Below are positions 63,868-64,000 of a stretch of DNA of 64,000 nucleotides, in pieces. Origin of the DNA: an uncultured Gammaproteobacteria bacterium. GTDB taxonomy: Bacteria; Pseudomonadota; Gammaproteobacteria; Eutrophobiales; Eutrophobiaceae. How positions within the stretch are numbered: the first letter of the stretch is position 1; each line of letters begins with the position of its first letter. Under the pieces are notes generated by a model that was not told where the DNA came from, did no database searches, and saw only the letters and a program-made list of their open reading frames with translations. The position numbers and the translations under genes were made by a program. The stretch spans positions 32,549 through 96,548 of the forward strand of contig CALSOP010000006.1 of NCBI GenBank assembly GCA_943788005.1, written 5' to 3'.

Positions 63868-64000
63868 CTACATATTCCTGCGATATTGACCGCCGACTTC
63901 GAAGAATGCATTAGTAATTTGACCGAGTGAACAGTGCTCAACAGCATCCATTAAAACTGCGAAAACATTTTCATTGTTTTGTGCCGCTTTTTTCAGTTTC
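63868..64000 (-). CDS. icmF: 3' end of fused isobutyryl-CoA mutase/GTPase IcmF
   Basis: Translates to 'KLKKAAQNNENVFAVLMDAVEHCSLGQITNAFFEVGGQYRRNM*', the characteristic IcmF C-terminus. Confidence 0.85.
   Translation of the reverse strand, partial: KLKKAAQNNENVFAVLMDAVEHCSLGQITNAFFEVGGQYRRNM

Overview
AT-leaning chromosomal segment of a gammaproteobacterium, probably a long-read assembly or MAG: many single-base indels break essential genes (pgsA, serS) as well as uvrC, pntB, rarA and epmB. Most of the window is conserved core: uvrC-pgsA-tRNA Gly/Cys/Leu, tRNA-Ser, yccA, pntAB, ftsK-lolA-rarA-crcB-serS, trxB, aat-bpt-infA, comEC-exbBD-lpxK-ycaR-kdsB, lolD with a single lolC/E-type gene, tsaB, cpdA, yoaA and epmB-efp-epmA. 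Accessory material includes an IS3-family element abutting an inverted 136-bp copy of its own left end next to a truncated catalase-like gene, an orphan FapA protein with three tandem N-terminal modules behind a sigma28-type promoter, and a right-hand metabolic block. That block has an LLM monooxygenase plus TIM-barrel protein, divergent from TPP-dependent E1 alpha/beta plus a free lipoyl domain, and a BtuF-like gene downstream of icmF. The most striking unannotated signal lies at 49.78-50.44 kb. A near-consensus sigma28 promoter precedes a ~75-nt non-coding hairpin with an anti-Shine-Dalgarno loop and its own terminator (candidate flagellar-regulon sRNA). It is followed by a GGA-rich repeat and by a ferritin-like gene that looks like a solitary integron cassette. 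All calls come from reading the sequence; no database searches were run.
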